The translations under genes and the position numbers were made by a program. The notes beneath the pieces were generated by a model, which was given only the letters and a program-made list of their open reading frames with translations, ran no database searches and was not told the origin of the DNA. Positions 31,609-32,000 of a stretch of 32,000 bases of DNA are shown in pieces. Positions within the stretch are counted from its first letter, which is position 1. The number at the start of each line of letters is the position of its first letter. Source of the stretch: Pirellula staleyi DSM 6068 (GTDB lineage Bacteria > Planctomycetota > Planctomycetia > Pirellulales > Pirellulaceae); NCBI GenBank assembly GCA_000025185.1, contig CP001848.1, forward strand, positions 2,070,001-2,102,000. Direction: 5' to 3'.

Positions 31609-32000
31609 GTGAAAAACGTCGTGCAGCCGCGCGTCATTCCGGTGATTGATCTGCTGGGCGGCATTGTTGTACGTGGCGTTGCCGGGCGAAGAAGTGAGTA
31701 TCGACCACTCGAAAGTCAGGTCACGCGCAGCATCGAGCCCGCGATCGTGGCCCGCGATCTGGTGCACGCAACGCGCGCCACCGCGCTCTATGTGGCCGAT
31801 CTCGATGCGATACAAAAAGGCCAGCGCTCGCTGTCGATTTACGAGCAGATGGGGGCCAGCGGCGCGAGGCTGTGGCTCGATGTCGGCATCGCGTCGCGGG
31901 CCGATGCGCTGCGGTTTTGCGCCGAACTTGCCCATTCCGAAATACCGGCCGATTTGGTGATCGGGCTTGAGTCGATCGAAACTGCAGCGAGCTTGGTTGA
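31609..32000 (+). CDS. HisA/HisF-family TIM-barrel protein (HisA-related, COG1411-like), 5' partial; continues beyond the window
   Basis: This ORF is not in the track because it has no stop codon within the window. I translated it by hand from GTG 31609, 3 nt after the rlmI stop: VKNVVQPRVIPVIDLLGGIVVRGVAGRRSEYRPLESQVTRSIEPAIVARDL...LYVADLDAIQ. The V-I-P-V-I-D-L-x-x-G-x-V-V opening is the HisA/HisF strand-1 signature. There is no stop through 32000 and GC3 is high. The track ORF at 31646-31960 is in another frame. Confidence 0.6.
   Translation, partial: MKNVVQPRVIPVIDLLGGIVVRGVAGRRSEYRPLESQVTRSIEPAIVARDLVHATRATALYVADLDAIQKGQRSLSIYEQMGASGARLWLDVGIASRADALRFCAELAHSEIPADLVIGLESIETAASLV

Noticed and set aside
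30088-31935. A 615-aa minus-strand ORF, the longest unexplained ORF in the window.
   Set aside because: It runs antisense across three well-supported plus-strand genes (creatininase family, rlmI, HisA-like). It is Arg/His/Gly-rich with no recognisable motif. This is a typical shadow ORF of a GC-rich region, where the antisense frame lacks stop codons.
1-32000. A window-wide search for CRISPR repeats, tRNA/rRNA/tmRNA/RNase P/SRP signatures, transposase or integrase genes, and known defence-system genes.
   Set aside because: I found no regularly spaced direct repeats, no T-arm GGTTCGAAT-type motifs or conserved RNase P, tmRNA or SRP boxes in the intergenic regions, and no ORF with recombinase, nuclease or defence-type motifs. 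A covariance-model or HMM scan is still needed for certainty.

Overview
Content: this is a 32-kb, gene-dense chromosomal window of roughly 57-60% GC. Its gene content is typical of Planctomycetota and looks Pirellulales-like, which is an inference from family content only. It holds two giant DUF1549/DUF1553 (PSCyt2/PSD1) proteins, one followed by a Tat-signal DUF1501 partner. It also holds two paralogous PQQ-like beta-propellers, a planctomycete-style LRR protein, a 'small basic protein', an FHA protein and several lineage-restricted hypotheticals. I call 26 CDS, one of them open at the right edge and absent from the ORF track. I also call one strong intrinsic terminator and a few candidate RNA structures and promoter elements.

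Absent: I could not recognise any rRNA, tRNA, CRISPR array, transposase, integrase, phage gene, toxin-antitoxin pair or known defence system. This looks like core chromosome rather than an accessory island.

Recognisable housekeeping genes: rarA, a Bacteroidetes-type dihydroorotase (pyrC), an RlmI-type rRNA methyltransferase, a hotdog thioesterase, an MFS transporter and a creatininase-family hydrolase.

Best candidates for undescribed biology, all hypotheses:
1. A NifS/IscS-like PLP enzyme whose catalytic cysteine codon is GCT (Ala).
2. A PQQ-propeller gene translationally coupled (GTGA overlap) to a signal-peptide HExxH (DUF1570-like) plus LRR protein.
3. A co-directional minus-strand array: DUF1499-like, polytopic membrane protein, acidic helical protein, FHA protein, PSD1 giant, DUF1501.
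4. A REC-GGDEF(I-site)-CBS-unknown-domain regulator.
5. A secreted beta-lactamase-like / PG-binding / DD-carboxypeptidase fusion.
6. Two unusually long non-coding stretches with nested secondary structure (2172-2523 and 4849-5250).

Limits: none of these can be confirmed without database searches, which I cannot run. Several long ORFs in the track are antisense or out-of-frame shadows and were rejected.
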